Assembly: GCF_001194135.2 (NCBI RefSeq)
Contig: NC_069002.1
Span: forward strand, 34,732,935 to 34,781,806
Length of the DNA: 48,872 nt
Source: Octopus bimaculoides
Lineage: Eukaryota
Direction: 5' to 3'
Shown: piece after piece, positions 1-12,610 of the stretch
Layout: the number at the start of each line of letters is the position of its first letter
Position numbering within the stretch: position 1 is the stretch's first letter
Program-made: the position numbers and the translations under genes
The notes under the pieces: generated by a model
Told to the model about the DNA's origin: nothing
The model's database searches: none
Seen by the model: only the letters and a program-made list of their open reading frames with translations

Positions 1-504
1 ATATATATATATTCACACATGCATGCATGCATATAAATACATTTATATATAACTATATGTATAGATAAACTATATATATATATATGTGTGTATGTATATA
101 GTTATCTGCATGCGATATATCCTGAATTATGTGGCGAAGAATACATTACATACGAAAGTATCAATAGATATTATTTCTTTTTTCTTTAGAAAACCTAGTT
201 CTCATTTGAAAATAATAACAGGTCATATAAATATCTAATCTCGTCTGGATATGGGTGACGTGGGTTTGGCTGGTGGATATCGCAATCCCCTCTCCTTCGC
301 ACAAACTCGATGCACACCACATCGATTTTTCTGTGATACATACGTGTTCTATATAGCAATTTCATTTTCACAGATCTTCTATCCTCTCATTTTACAATAT
401 CCTATTCTTCTTTTTTTGTTTCATTCAATATACGATCCATGATTTATTTACAAATGTGTCTGCACGTAAAACATCGTTACATACATATCTATGTGCGTGT
501 GCTG

Positions 505-506
505 GA

Positions 507-569
<63 letters not shown>

Positions 570-1342
570 NNNNNNNNNNNNNNNNNNNNNNNNNNNNNNN
601 NNNNNNNNNNNNNNNNNNNNNNNNNNNNNNNNNNNNNNNNNNNNNNNNNNNNNNNNNNNNNNNNNNNNNNNNNNNNNNNNNNNNNNNNNNNNNNNNNNNN
701 NNNNNNNNNNNNNNNNNNNNNNNNNNNNNNNNNNNNNNNNNNNNNNNNNNNNNNNNNNNNNNNNNNNNNNNNNNNNNNNNNNNNNNNNNNNNNNNNNNNN
801 NNNNNNNNNNNNNNNNNNNNNNNNNNNNNNNNNNNNNNNNNNNNNNNNNNNNNNNNNNNNNNNNNNNNNNNNNNNNNNNNNNNNNNNNNNNNNNNNNNNN
901 NNNNNNNNNNNNNNNNNNNNNNNNNNNNNNNNNNNNNNNNNNNNNNNNNNNNNNNNNNNNNNNNNNNNNNNNNNNNNNNNNNNNNNNNNNNNNNNNNNNN
1001 NNNNNNNNNNNNNNNNNNNNNNNNNNNNNNNNNNNNNNNNNNNNNNNNNNNNNNNNNNNNNNNNNNNNNNNNNNNNNNNNNNNNNNNNNNNNNNNNNNNN
1101 NNNNNNNNNNNNNNNNNNNNNNNNNNNNNNNNNNNNNNNNNNNNNNNNNNNNNNNNNNNNNNNNNNNNNNNNNNNNNNNNNNNNNNNNNNNNNNNNNNNN
1201 NNNNNNNNNNNNNNNNNNNNNNNNNNNNNNNNNNNNNNNNNNNNNNNNNNNNNNNNNNNNNNNNNNNNNNNNNNNNNNNNNNNNNNNNNNNNNNNNNNNN
1301 NNNNNNNNNNNNNNNNNNNNNNNNNNNNTGTGTGTGTGTGTG
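505..1342. repeat. (TA)n microsatellite / assembly gap / (TG)n
   Basis: Dinucleotide runs flank an N-gap at 570-1327. Confidence 0.95.
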
Positions 1343-1460
1343 TGTGTTTATTCTTTATATCAAGATTGAGACATGCTGGGTTGAAAGACTAACCTGTACG
1401 ATATCTAGCGTTCCTGGATGAATCTCTAACTTGTTAAATTGCAGAAGAATTTGGCGACCA

Positions 1461-1533
1461 GGCGGTTTAGCTTAAATGTTAAAGCATTCCATCCAGATAT
1501 CGAAGGGATTTGCGTTCGAGCCTCATGTCCGGC
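1461..1533 (+). pseudogene. Degenerate tRNA-like sequence (tRNA pseudogene or isolated SINE head)
   Basis: A-box-like TAGCTTAAATGTTAAAGCA and B-box-like GCGTTCGAGCCT at tRNA spacing; 3' end loosely resembles tRNA-Lys; anticodon stem does not pair. Confidence 0.4.
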
Positions 1534-1768
1534 TGCCGACAGATTTTTCTGCTTTTAAAAAAGGATTCCCCCGTTTATATATATACTGTTCAGTATCATT
1601 GTGTTGAATAAAAAAATATATATATATATATATATTTACGTATATGATTTTGTGTTTGTGTTCATGTGCGTTTGCATGTACGCATGCGTGTGAGGCGGTA
1701 ATTCTAGAGTCGATCACATAGAAAGAAAGTGAGGGGGCTTTGTAGAGAGAGGGATAGTGGTTCGGCAT

Positions 1769-1985
1769 TCTACTTATTACCAATACTACTTCTACTACAT
1801 ATACTACTACAACCACTACCACTACCACCACCACGACTACTACCAGCACCACCACCACAACTACCACTACCACCACCAACTACAACTCCATTAATACAAC
1901 AACAACTCTAACCACTACCGCTACTGCTACTACTATTTCTACAAGTACTACTACCACTACTACCACTACTGCTGCTGTTGCTGCT
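1769..1985. repeat. Compound (CTA/CCA/CAA)n trinucleotide repeat
   Basis: Direct inspection; explains the poly-Val and poly-Pro/Thr ORFs. Confidence 0.95.
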
Positions 1986-2319
1986 TCATCGTATTTGCAG
2001 TAGGCTACATAACGGCAACTCTAAAATTCTACCGATTTCAATATTTGTTATTTCTTTTTTTCTTTAAGGATATGTGAACCGACACACATTTTTAATACGT
2101 GCTTCTTCTATTTATTTAATTATATGTAAGTGGTAATTGTTTAATATATTCATGTGTATTTTAGTATATTTAGTTAATGGACTACTGACGTCTATCATTC
2201 TTAAGAAATAAGCCGCCAGTGTTCTTTCTGTTTTCATTTTGTGTATGCCTCTTTCAGTTAAGTACAAGCATATTCTTAAATATGTTTTCCATTAATATCG
2301 TATAGGATGTGCCTATTTG

Positions 2320-2403
2320 TTCAATATCTATACATACATACATACATACTTACATACATAAGTAAGTACATACATATATACACACACGCACATATATATG
2401 TAA

Positions 2404-2455
<52 letters not shown>

Positions 2456-2630
2456 GGGGGGAGAAAGGGGGAGAGAGAGGGGAGAGAGAGATAGAAATAG
2501 ATAGGCAAATAGACAGATAGATGTACATGCATGCGTGAGTATAAATATATAAATATATATATGTATGTGTGTATATACGTACATACATATACATACACAT
2601 ATACATAGCTACTTACATACATACATACAT
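2320..2630. repeat. Compound (TACA)n/(TA)n/(GA)n microsatellite
   Basis: Direct inspection. Confidence 0.9.
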
Positions 2631-2760
2631 ATTCTTTCTGTTGAAGAGCGTAGCTCGAAACGTTAAAGACTTTCTGTATTCCCGAGCCTCAAACTAATAC
2701 ATCCTTTTGTTGTTTACACCACCTGTCCTCGTTTGATGTTGGTTTTTTCGTACATTCTAT
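2631..2760 (+). mobile_element. Repeat family D copy 1 (putative PLE terminal-repeat fragment with HHR motif)
   Basis: Near-identical over ~125 bp to 6444-6571; contains an HHR-like core. Confidence 0.75.
2633..2669 (+). ncRNA. Type I minimal hammerhead ribozyme motif, core variant CTGTTGA
   Basis: TCTTT-CTGTTGA-A-GAG-CGTAG-CTC-GAAAC-GTT-AAAGA: stem I TCTTT/AAAGA, stem II GAG/CTC, palindromic AACGTT at stem III; A6 substituted. Confidence 0.6.
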
Positions 2761-4074
2761 CACACATATCTTCATACTTATGAACTTACGTTTATTGTTC
2801 ACTGTCGGGAATATGAGGACTGAAATACTATATTTTAGAGATTAAGTCTATATTTCATTTGGGTCGAATCAGGCTCTTGCAAGTGTAAATTTCATCTGTG
2901 GTTGCAGAGTTTTGTCAGAAAAGATATGCTATAACTTGCCTGACGATCATATCTGCCTAGAGGTGAAACGCAGTGCAAGGAGTGACTGTTTCCACAAAAA
3001 TAAGACTCATTTGGAACGCTGAAAATCGAAACATGTAAAACAATAAATGATGAGTTTAGATTCTAAAGAACCATCCTTAGAATAAAAGCATCCTGGGCAC
3101 CAAAACGAATGCTGTAAGGTTAGTCTTTATGTTTGATAGGTATATTTTGTCCTACATATGTCACTTCTGGAACAGGTTTCAACATAACTATAGTTTTCGT
3201 CAGGATTTTCTACGTCCAATATTGACACATTCTTTGAGGAATTATGCATTATATTCTGAATAAGAGTGTGAGCTACAAGAACAAAATCTTAAGAACTGAA
3301 AAACATGAAACAAAAATCCTATATCTATCTTATTTAAATTTGAAACGATTAATTTTATACATTCCATTTGTTGATCGAAATCGAGGTAAATGTTTAGTGT
3401 ATATCCTTAGATAAACATAGAAAGTATAAGGGGAATTTATTTGGCACATGAACAAAAATACATTTCGTTTTTCTTTCCAAATATTTCCGTTATATCAAGC
3501 AAAATTTGGTAAAGAAATCGTTGCATTCTATGCAGTAAAACTTATACCTCGATAGCACCCATGAGATCTAAATTGACTTTCAAACTTTAAATTACTTATA
3601 TGACTGCAGACGATTCAAGACGTATCTGGTAAATATCGTACCAAATATCACAAAGACACAACGAAGATAACTCACTGCCGATTGAATACCTCCGAATAAT
3701 TTAACTAACAACTCCTTCTTTAACATTACTTTTCATAGTGTGCTCATATATAACGCTCATAAATTTATATAAGCGAAGCAATATTGAAACTCAAGATATC
3801 GAAAGAGGTTCCATAAGGCATTTGTTTGAAGTATGACCATAATCACCTCAGACAGTATTCTTATATTGCTAAGTTTATATTCCCTATTCAAGACAAGAAG
3901 ATTGCTAAGATATTTTCTTTCCTTTGTTATGATTTTGCTTTGCCTCACGCCAAATTTATCCATATGTTACAACTATTGATTCTTATTTTAACTCGGAACC
4001 GTATCTAATTTTTCTTGTTTCGTGCTCTCACTCTTGTTCTCCATCTCCAGCTCTATCTCTCTAATTATATATAG

Positions 4075-4113
4075 ATATATTATATACACACACAAGCATA
4101 TGAATATATATAT

Positions 4114-4152
<39 letters not shown>

Positions 4153-4234
4153 TAGATAAATAGATAGATAGATATATCGAGAAAGACAGACAGGTACCTA
4201 TCTGGTTTGAGAGACATTTGTATGTCTGTGAGCT

Positions 4235-4276
<42 letters not shown>

Positions 4277-4510
4277 NNNNNNNNNNNNNNNNNNNNNNNN
4301 NNNNNNNNNNNNNNNNNNNNNNNNNNNNNNNNNNNNNNNNNNNNNNNNNNNNNNNNNNNNNNNNNNNNNNNNNNNNNNNNNNNNNNNNNNNNNNNNNNNN
4401 NNNNNNNNNNNNNNNNNNNNNNNNNNNNNNNNNNNNNNNNNNNNNNNNNNNNNNNNNNNNNNNNNNNNNNNNTATATATCGAGAGATAGAGAGGTAGAGA
4501 GAGAAATGTA
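4075..4510. repeat. (TA)n/(GATA)n microsatellites around a gap
   Basis: Direct inspection. Confidence 0.9.
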
Positions 4511-5399
4511 GGGAGATAGAGAAATACATGCACGTATGTTTAAAAACATGTGGGTATATGCGTATCATTAATTATCACTTCATACGTACATAGCAAATTT
4601 CTAGAGACTCTTAGAATTACCTTCAAATAAGATAAATAACTAAGAGAACGTACCATATTCCCCCTTCATTGTAAAACAAAATTGTATATTGTTTCTCGGC
4701 GTTCAACGTTTTATATTGTACGCAATTCAGTCATTCTCATTAGTCGCAACTAATTTCTATTCTTTAAACTTGTTCCCTCGATTGCCAATCACATTCTATT
4801 CATTCCACATCTGTAATATCAAATATCAAACGCCATTATTTTTTTTTGTTCTGTCCTTTGTTATTTTTGTTTGTTTATGTTTTAGTTACTGTCCTGTTTC
4901 ATGCAGGATGTTATTTTCAATCAATTTTGAAGCAAAAAGTAAAGGAATATTCTTCTTTCTCTTTTCAAGAATATCCTACGTATAAATCTACACGGGACAA
5001 AAGTAATATAACAGAAGCCTACTATAATCAACTGCAATCACTGATTCCTGTTTTGCTTTATTTTTATTTCTTTTCCTAAGCTCATTTATTTCTGCGTTGC
5101 ATTCACGTACACCGTATTTAAATAAGAGCTCATTACAGAAGATGTTAGTGAGTGATATCTATAGAATATCACTAATTCAGAGGAGACTAGTTAAACACTA
5201 GAAAATGAAACCACAACGAAACACAATAACACAAGACAAATATGAAAGTATAGCAAGGTGATAATCATTATCAATGCTTATCTAATGGGATAGAGTTACA
5301 AAAGTATGAATACAACGGAACAAACATACGCGTTGAAGTATGCATGCTTGTTTGCATATATATATGTATGTGTGTGGGTCTGTGTGTCTAGATATGCAT

Positions 5400-5481
5400 A
5401 TTTGTATATGTGTGTGTGTGTATGCATAACTATCTACTACCTACCTACCTACCTACCTACCTACCTATCTATCTATCTATA

Positions 5482-5530
<49 letters not shown>

Positions 5531-5531
5531 G

Positions 5532-5566
<35 letters not shown>

Positions 5567-5637
5567 ATATATATATATATAAATGTATGTGTTTGTATGG
5601 GTGTATGTATGTATGTATATATATATATGTATGTATG

Positions 5638-5668
<31 letters not shown>

Positions 5669-5678
5669 NNNNNNNNNN

Positions 5679-5711
<33 letters not shown>

Positions 5712-5750
5712 GGTGTATGTATGTATGTATATATAAATATATATAATATA
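5400..5750. repeat. Compound (CCTA)n(TCTA)n(CT)n(TA)n(TG)n microsatellite
   Basis: Direct inspection. Confidence 0.95.
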
Positions 5751-6163
5751 TACGAATTCGGTGTTCCATTACTTGATAAATGAAACAAGTGTATAAGCAA
5801 ATGACGTAACATATACGGAATGTAGAAACGAACGGGAGATAAACAGAAAGTCCAATGGTACTGTTCAGTTTCACACCTTTAACGATAAAACTGAGTGCTT
5901 CCCAATTTCTTGCGCAGAGTGAGAGACAAGAGCAAACAAAACGAGCCAAACCAGGCAAAACGACACAGAGATTGATTTAGGACGGTGGGCGAGGACAAAC
6001 CGTCGAAGAAAATATGGCCTTGGGGTCAAGGGTTCGAGATTAGTGGGTAACGCATCGAAGATGTCTTGAAGGATGGAGAACGGTGTGACAGAATTTGTGA
6101 CTGGTCAGCAAACGGACAAGTCTGCTCTTTTCTCACTACTGTCTTTCTCCTCTGGTTGCAACT

Positions 6164-6173
6164 GTCACGTGAC
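6164..6173. promoter_or_regulatory. Perfect palindromic extended E-box GTCACGTGAC (CLEAR/USF/MiT-TFE-type) in a candidate promoter
   Basis: 10-bp palindrome in a locally GC/CpG-enriched non-repetitive stretch (~5900-6300), ~120 bp upstream of a strong donor site. Confidence 0.45.
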
Positions 6174-6294
6174 CGGCAGCTAGTGCCTCTTTTTCTTCCT
6201 TTCTTAGACCGGTCCCTCTATTTGAGGCTGCACGGAATTTTGTCAGTGAACAAAGCGACGAAAATATTTTGGCAAATTAAATTTAAATGTTGAA
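6174..6294 (+). other. Candidate non-coding first exon (5' boundary unknown)
   Basis: Ends at GAA|GTGAGT donor (6295); follows the candidate promoter motif. Confidence 0.35.
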
Positions 6295-6399
6295 GTGAGT
6301 CTAGTGGTTTCTCTGTGTTTTTAACTGGCTTATAAAGACATTCCACGAAGCAATTGTTTTTCTGTCCGCAGACGCCATGATTAATCGTTGACCAAACAC

Positions 6400-6571
6400 C
6401 ATTCAATTTTTTCTCTCCGTGTTTTTCTCCTTGTTTTCTCCGTATTCTTTCTGCTGAAGAGCGTAGCTCGAAACGTTAAAGACTTTCTGTATTCCCGACC
6501 GTCAAACTAATACATCCTTTTGTTGTTTACACCACCTGTCCTCGTCTGTTGTTGTTTTTCGTACATTCTCC
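6400..6571 (+). mobile_element. Repeat family D copy 2 (putative PLE terminal-repeat fragment with HHR motif)
   Basis: Near-identical to 2631-2760; followed by (TA)n. Confidence 0.75.
6446..6482 (+). ncRNA. Type I minimal hammerhead ribozyme motif, core CTGCTGA (alternative register CTGAAGA)
   Basis: TCTTT-CTGCTGA-A-GAG-CGTAG-CTC-GAAAC-GTT-AAAGA; stems I and II pair; palindromic AACGTT. Confidence 0.65.
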
Positions 6572-7345
6572 TATATATATANNNNNNNNNNNNNNNNNNN
6601 NNNNNNNNNNNNNNNNNNNNNNNNNNNNNNNNNNNNNNNNNNNNNNNNNNNNATATATATATATATATATAATATTTACCACGTAATCTACGATGAAAAA
6701 AGTATGAAAGACATGGTGTATTTTCTTTGGTGCAATAACTCCTTGAGACATGTAATTTATTTTAAGGCTTACGCGATGGTAAGAAATTGAGAAACACTTC
6801 CACAGAGCCACAACAGCTCCTACACACAGGCACACACACAAATCTGTATATTTGTGTGCGTGTTTATATGGGCGTGTGTGTTTAAATGTGCGTAGGTATG
6901 TGTGTGTGTTAGTGCGTGTGTATGAATGTATGTGTATGTATAAATGAATAAATATGATCTCCAGCGTTCGATAAATGCGAAGTTACATCAGAATGGTAAT
7001 TGAAAATTTCAGTTAACACCGTCTTATCTATCGATTCCAAAACTGAAATGTATACACTTGTTGCTATGTTTTATTTAATGCAAAGAAGTCAATGCTCTAG
7101 CATGGCCATTGTGAAATGCTTAAAACAGTAAGATATTAATAGGATCCTGACGCGATAAAGATGTTTTTCATGTTCTGGATATTATATCTTTTAGGGTAAT
7201 TGATTTTTTACGACACATTGCATGTATGTTCCTGTTGGTATATTTCTTAACTATTGTGTTCTTATTTAGTCCTAGGTCATACCTGGTGAATACTGAGTTG
7301 CATGAAAACGAATGTTGTTCCAGGCCTTATCGTGGAGTATTTCAA

Positions 7346-7555
7346 CGCGGTGAGTTGGCAGATCGTTAAAACGCCAGGCAAAGCCCTTTCCGGCATTTCG
7401 TTTGTCTTTACGTTCCGAGCTCAAATGGCACGGTGTGATACATAGCCTTTCAACATTTCAGGGTCAATAAAATAAGTACCAGTTGAACACTGGGGTCGAT
7501 ATAATCGACTTACTCCTCTCCTAAAACTGCTGGCCTAGTGACAAAATTTGAAACC
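7346..7555 (+). mobile_element. SINE family C, near full length
   Basis: Shares head (GGTGAGTTGGCAGA...), central GCCTTT...GGGTCAATAAAATAAGTACCAG and CTGGGGTCGAT-N-ATCGAC with many other copies in the window. Confidence 0.85.
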
Positions 7556-8067
7556 GTCAATATCGCGTATGTTTGTAAATCTGTAAAGACATTCCATAAT
7601 GCACGTTTCTATTTTATTGTTCTGTGTATTTAGTACAGAGAATAAAAACGTGAACATTTGGCTACCATTTCTAGCGATGCACAAATCACAACATTGATGT
7701 TCTATTCCTAGAAGAAAAGGAAAAATCAAAATAAAAGCAAAACCAACTGTCCATATGCCACAAGAGAGAAAGACTTTCGAAATCGGAGACCTTTTGCGTT
7801 AGGTTGTGTCAGATAGTAAATAACATTATATTTCGGTTTTAATATTAACATCATATTTAATCCGCATCACTGGGGTTGTCGGCTCCAGAACGATTAGAGA
7901 AAGGCAACATTTTACTGCGCTATGTCTTAGCGAAATAGGATTGAATATTTACGAAACATTTAAAGAGATTTTCATAAGAACATTTCACGTCAATTGCGAC
8001 GCCAAAGAAACTCCTCAGAGATTTCTATAAGAGAGAACAAATAATGGCATTTGTTATTGTTTTCCAG

Positions 8068-8142
8068 TTTAATATAGTAAATGGACTGAGAAAAATATTC
8101 TCAGCTAAACATGACTAGAAAAGCGCAAGTATAGCTACGCAG
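8068..8142 (+). other. Candidate non-coding (5' UTR) exon
   Basis: Acceptor TTGTTATTGTTTTCCAG| and donor CAG|GTAAGA; all three frames contain stops. Confidence 0.4.
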
Positions 8143-8299
8143 GTAAGAAATTCTCACTGAGATCAAATGGACCGAGGTTCTATCTGAGAAAAAATTGTTC
8201 GAAGATGATATTCTAATGATATTCTAATGTTTCTTCTGATTTACCTACATATAAGAATTATTCCGTAGATGGAAATAGGAGAAAATATCCATTTCACGC

Positions 8300-8447
8300 A
8301 GACAAATGCACACACACACTCACACATGCACACACACACTTGCACACATACACAGACACACTCACATACACACAGCAATACACATATAAAAGTATATATG
8401 ATCATTATCACCATCATCATCCTCATCATCCTCATCCACACACACAC

Positions 8448-8541
<94 letters not shown>

Positions 8542-8545
8542 ATTT
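8300..8545. repeat. (CA)n/(CAT)n/(TA)n/(TG)n compound microsatellite
   Basis: Direct inspection. Confidence 0.95.
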
Positions 8546-8599
8546 ATGTATATTTGTGTATATACGAATTTAGATAAAAATACTGATTTAAATATATTT

Positions 8600-9400
8600 T
8601 CTATAATAAAATATATTTAATAATTATAGCTCTAGATAGATGTTTTCCCAAGTTGTAGTCGATTTATGTCCGGTAGTTCAAGTGATATGTTATTTTCATG
8701 TTTAAGTAACTTAGTGAAAAATGTCGTTACGATCTGTCTGTTTCAGTCAACATTATATTATTTGAATATTTCTTTTTAGGTGGAAATATTCGTTTAAACA
8801 TATTTTCAATAATTAATGTTTATATGTAATAGATATTTGTGTACATTTGTCTATTCCCATGCCGCGTAGTTTTAAAGCGATTGAAACTCAATAGTTTAAG
8901 TGATATTATATTCCTTTAGTTTACGTTTCGTTCTTTTAATGTTTCCTGTTTTAAGTATGTGTTATAGGTTGTTACGTAGCAGTGTCAATAGGTTTAAGTT
9001 CTTTAATTAATCTATATGGCTACAGAGCGATGTCGATTATCGCTGAAGTTATTATTATTTTCCGTTTTATGTATTTCCAATGTGTATTTTCAACTATATG
9101 CATTGAATTCTCTTTAGTACGTTTCGTTCGCTAGTTCATTTTAGATTTTATGGTTTCCAATTTCTATAGTTTCTGGTGTGTTAAGGCCATTTTGATATAT
9201 TTTACTTTTTACTTTCTGTGCTTGTACCTACGGATATCTTGGATCTGATGCATGTATTTGTGTTGTAATGGACATAGTTCACTTAAATGTGTCACCTGAT
9301 TCTAGACAGTTTATACATTTTTCCTGATTTTCACACCACCGAATTGTGTAGAACTGCCCAAAATGTCAAAATCATAATGATATTCATTAGGCAGCTGAAA
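8600..9400 (-). pseudogene. Possible highly decayed non-LTR retrotransposon relic (gag-like zinc knuckle followed by APE N-terminus)
   Basis: Minus-strand fragments WCENQEKCINCLESG (CCHC-knuckle-like), LKLLSFN and IMLTETD (APE motif I/II-like); many stops and frameshifts. Confidence 0.3.
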
Positions 9401-10665
9401 ATACAATATATATAAGTATTGTGGTTGTTTTACTTCCGTATGTAATATTCACAGCAGAACTCTTGTATCCCAAAGTTGTTCTTGATTGAAATGGTATTCT
9501 TGTAGGATGAACTTGGTGTACACATTTCTTTAAAACAGGGTTCACAGCCTTTTGTTGTACATATGATAGCATGCATTTATATTGTGTGATTGTCCTTCTT
9601 TGAACTTTAATATCTGGTAACTACAATACTTGGTTAGAGGGTTCTAGTTTATGGAGATTTGTGTTCCGAATAACCAGCCGAAATTGTAAAGATAATCTGG
9701 ATCTCGACTGAAGAGAGAAAAATTCCGAATGACATGTCCGTGTGTTCTTTGTATCGTTTATCTGTATGTTTTTTCCCTTATATATATACATGTAAATATA
9801 CTTTTTGTTGACTCATACATATACGCACATGTTGTGTGTGTGTGTATGTGTGTGTTTCTGCACGCTCAAATAATATGATTGATAATCATATGTTGAAATT
9901 GTTTAATTATAATATCCTTATACGATTAGTGACAAACACAAATGGATTTACTGTGTCTGAATTTACAATCTAAACTTACATTTCTTTAGAGATTATTATA
10001 AGAATACGCAGTCGTTATTATATTACATAAACTTCAGATAAAATAGACGGACAACAATAGGAATATTAGACGAACTAAGGTAAATTTAAACATTACAAGG
10101 ACTTATTTTTGATTAAATTATATAATGTAAACACATTCTTTGCGAATTATTTATTAGGGGAATCGAGATCCACTTCCAACGAACCGTCGTTCAGTTCAGT
10201 TCTTTCGCATAAAAAAGATATAGTATATTCTACAAAGACCTCCTCAAATGCAGAAATATGCAAATTACGCTATCCACTCAATACGGGCATAAAGCGTGAC
10301 TATTGGATATGCAGCTGATCTATGTTACTCACTGAAAAAGGACGCCAGGTTTAAGTTACCTGAAGACCGATTAAAAGAGAAACAACCATGAAGTGTACTC
10401 GCGGACACTCTTCCTCTATTTTGCCTTTCATCATTTGTATAGAAAACATGTGTTTATCAGTTTTTGAACATGCGTTGATGGATTAGAATATTCGAATATA
10501 GTTGTAATCTGCTGATTTGTGATGACATATACAGATATATGCGTGCGTGTCTGTGTGTCTATGTATATATTAACATCTCTCATCATATATAGAAACACAG
10601 AGACAGGGACAAATACATACATTCATACATCCATACATACAGACTTACACAGACGCACAGACACA

Positions 10666-10714
<49 letters not shown>

Positions 10715-11918
10715 NNNNNNNNNNNNNNNNNNNNNNNNNNNNNNNNNNNNNNNNNNNNNNNNNNNNNNNNNNNNNNNNNNNNNNNNNNNNNNNNNNNNNN
10801 NNNNNNNNNNNNNNNNNNNNNNNNNNNNNNNNNACATATACATACTTATATATATTTATTTATATATATATGAATGTATGTATATATGCAAAGATTTATC
10901 TTGTACATGCTTCCTTTTCAGTCTTCATGCTCGCCGTGTCCATACACAGAACAGCATACTCCTTCGAGAACCAGATCACAAAATTAAAAGTGTTTGCATT
11001 AAGCATACTTCCTTAGATTCAATGAACGTAATAAATGATACACATTTTTGATGATTAATATTATGATGAGCGAAAATGGCGCCTATTGTATGTGAAATCT
11101 CTTGATATTTCCCTTAGGAAAATCTGCTTAAAATATAAAGGAAGCAAAAACATTACTCTATAGCGCGATTTTGACTTCCAGATTGAGCGACATTTAAGAT
11201 GCATTAGTGTGGATTGCTTGCATGATATATGTATAATGATATTAAAGTAATATAATGGCCTAAATATATGTATTAGAACCATACATATTACGTGTCTATA
11301 TAAAATATTATTCGAATTCGTAATGAGACTAGGATATAGCTGTTTCATGGCTGCATACACTGCTAGGAAAATACACCAAATATTACTTAAATTGAATCAG
11401 CTATGTTTAAAAGTGAAAACACGCTAATATATTTCAACATACATATATTTTGTAAAAGCTCTAAATACTGTTTAAAGATTGTGCATAAAATGTCATTGAT
11501 TATACGTCTGGATAATGTAGAGGTCACGCGTGTGTTAAAACAACAAGGATTCTGACATATATCGCTTAAATGATTTGTTTGCTTTGAGTGTAAACATGTT
11601 GAAGATTGTGTTTAAATAATGTTTGTTTGTAGACACACCAAATAAGGAATAGTTTAAATAGTGCCTCAATTAATGACAAACTGGATTACAATCTTGAATC
11701 TAATATGTCGGTTCGCAGTTTCTGCTCGATTATACCTTAATCAATTGTCCTCAAATATTTTGCTGAGATTTGAAATTAAATTTGAAACAAGAAGGAGGAG
11801 ATAAGAGGTCTGCGTCATGTCTAATATACAGCTTAATTCACTGGTTACTCCGCTGTCTAGATAGAAGGCATTGTTAATCTGCGAGATGGAATTAAACGCA
11901 GGGATATATATATTTATA

Positions 11919-12157
11919 TACAATACTCCCTTGCCATATCATGATTCACCTATCACGGTTCATTTATCGTGGTTTATTAATTAAAATTAAGTTGACTCCT
12001 CCGTTATGTTGTCTTGCATTTATAATAACATAGATATATACAAATTATAAAAATGATAAAAAAATATACAGTACATTACTGTTTCTACTTCGCGGATTTT
12101 CACAGATCGCGAGGTGTTTTGGAACGTCCCACCCGCGATTGTAGGGGGATTACTGCA
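11919..12157. mobile_element. Tigger/pogo-like (Tc1/mariner superfamily) MITE
   Basis: Imperfect TIRs TACAATACTCCCTTG ... GGGGATTACTGCA in TA context; subterminal CGCGG-type motifs typical of Tigger-like ends. Confidence 0.6.
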
Positions 12158-12231
12158 TATATATATTTAGATATATTATGATGTAATCCGGGGGGATTAA
12201 CCCGGATTATTTGGAAGATTATTTTTTAACT

Positions 12232-12378
12232 ATAGGCAGAAGATCTGAAATTTATTATGTTATTTTTCTTTTGTCGCTCTGGGCCAGACAATTACATGGA
12301 CACCAGTTATTTAATGTTACCTATTTTATCGGCCACGAACGGATGAGATTCAAACTGATTCTTGGTAACATTGAGCTC
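12232..12378 (-). mobile_element. SINE family C fragment, decayed
   Basis: Reverse complement matches the family C central and tail region. Confidence 0.55.
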
Positions 12379-12519
12379 CCTATATAATAATAAGTCTGAA
12401 GAAAAACAGCTAATTATTGCGTCAAACGGTGAGCTCACGTTCTTTATTTGTTGGAAGGATAATCTTTTCTAATTTTAGCACAAGGCTAGTAGTTATTTCG
12501 TGAGTGTGAATTCGATTAT

Positions 12520-12610
12520 ATACATCCCAGTGTTCAAGTGGTACCTATTTTATTGACGCCAAAAGTATGAAAGGCAAAGTGGACCTCATCGGCATTTGAG
12601 CTCTGGACGA
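12520..12610 (-). mobile_element. SINE family C fragment
   Basis: CCCAGTGTTCAAGTGGTACCTATTTTATTGAC...ATGAAAGGCAAAGTGGACC matches family C in reverse. Confidence 0.75.

Noticed and set aside
1523-1911. Poly-Val and Pro-rich ORFs
   Set aside because: Produced by the (CTA/CCA)n repeat; no splice or codon support.
10360-10383. CTGAAGA...GAAAC hammerhead-like string, with a vaguely GIY-YIG-like ORF upstream (10109-10318)
   Set aside because: Stem II and stem I do not pair and motif spacing in the ORF is too short; could be a very old PLE end but cannot be supported.
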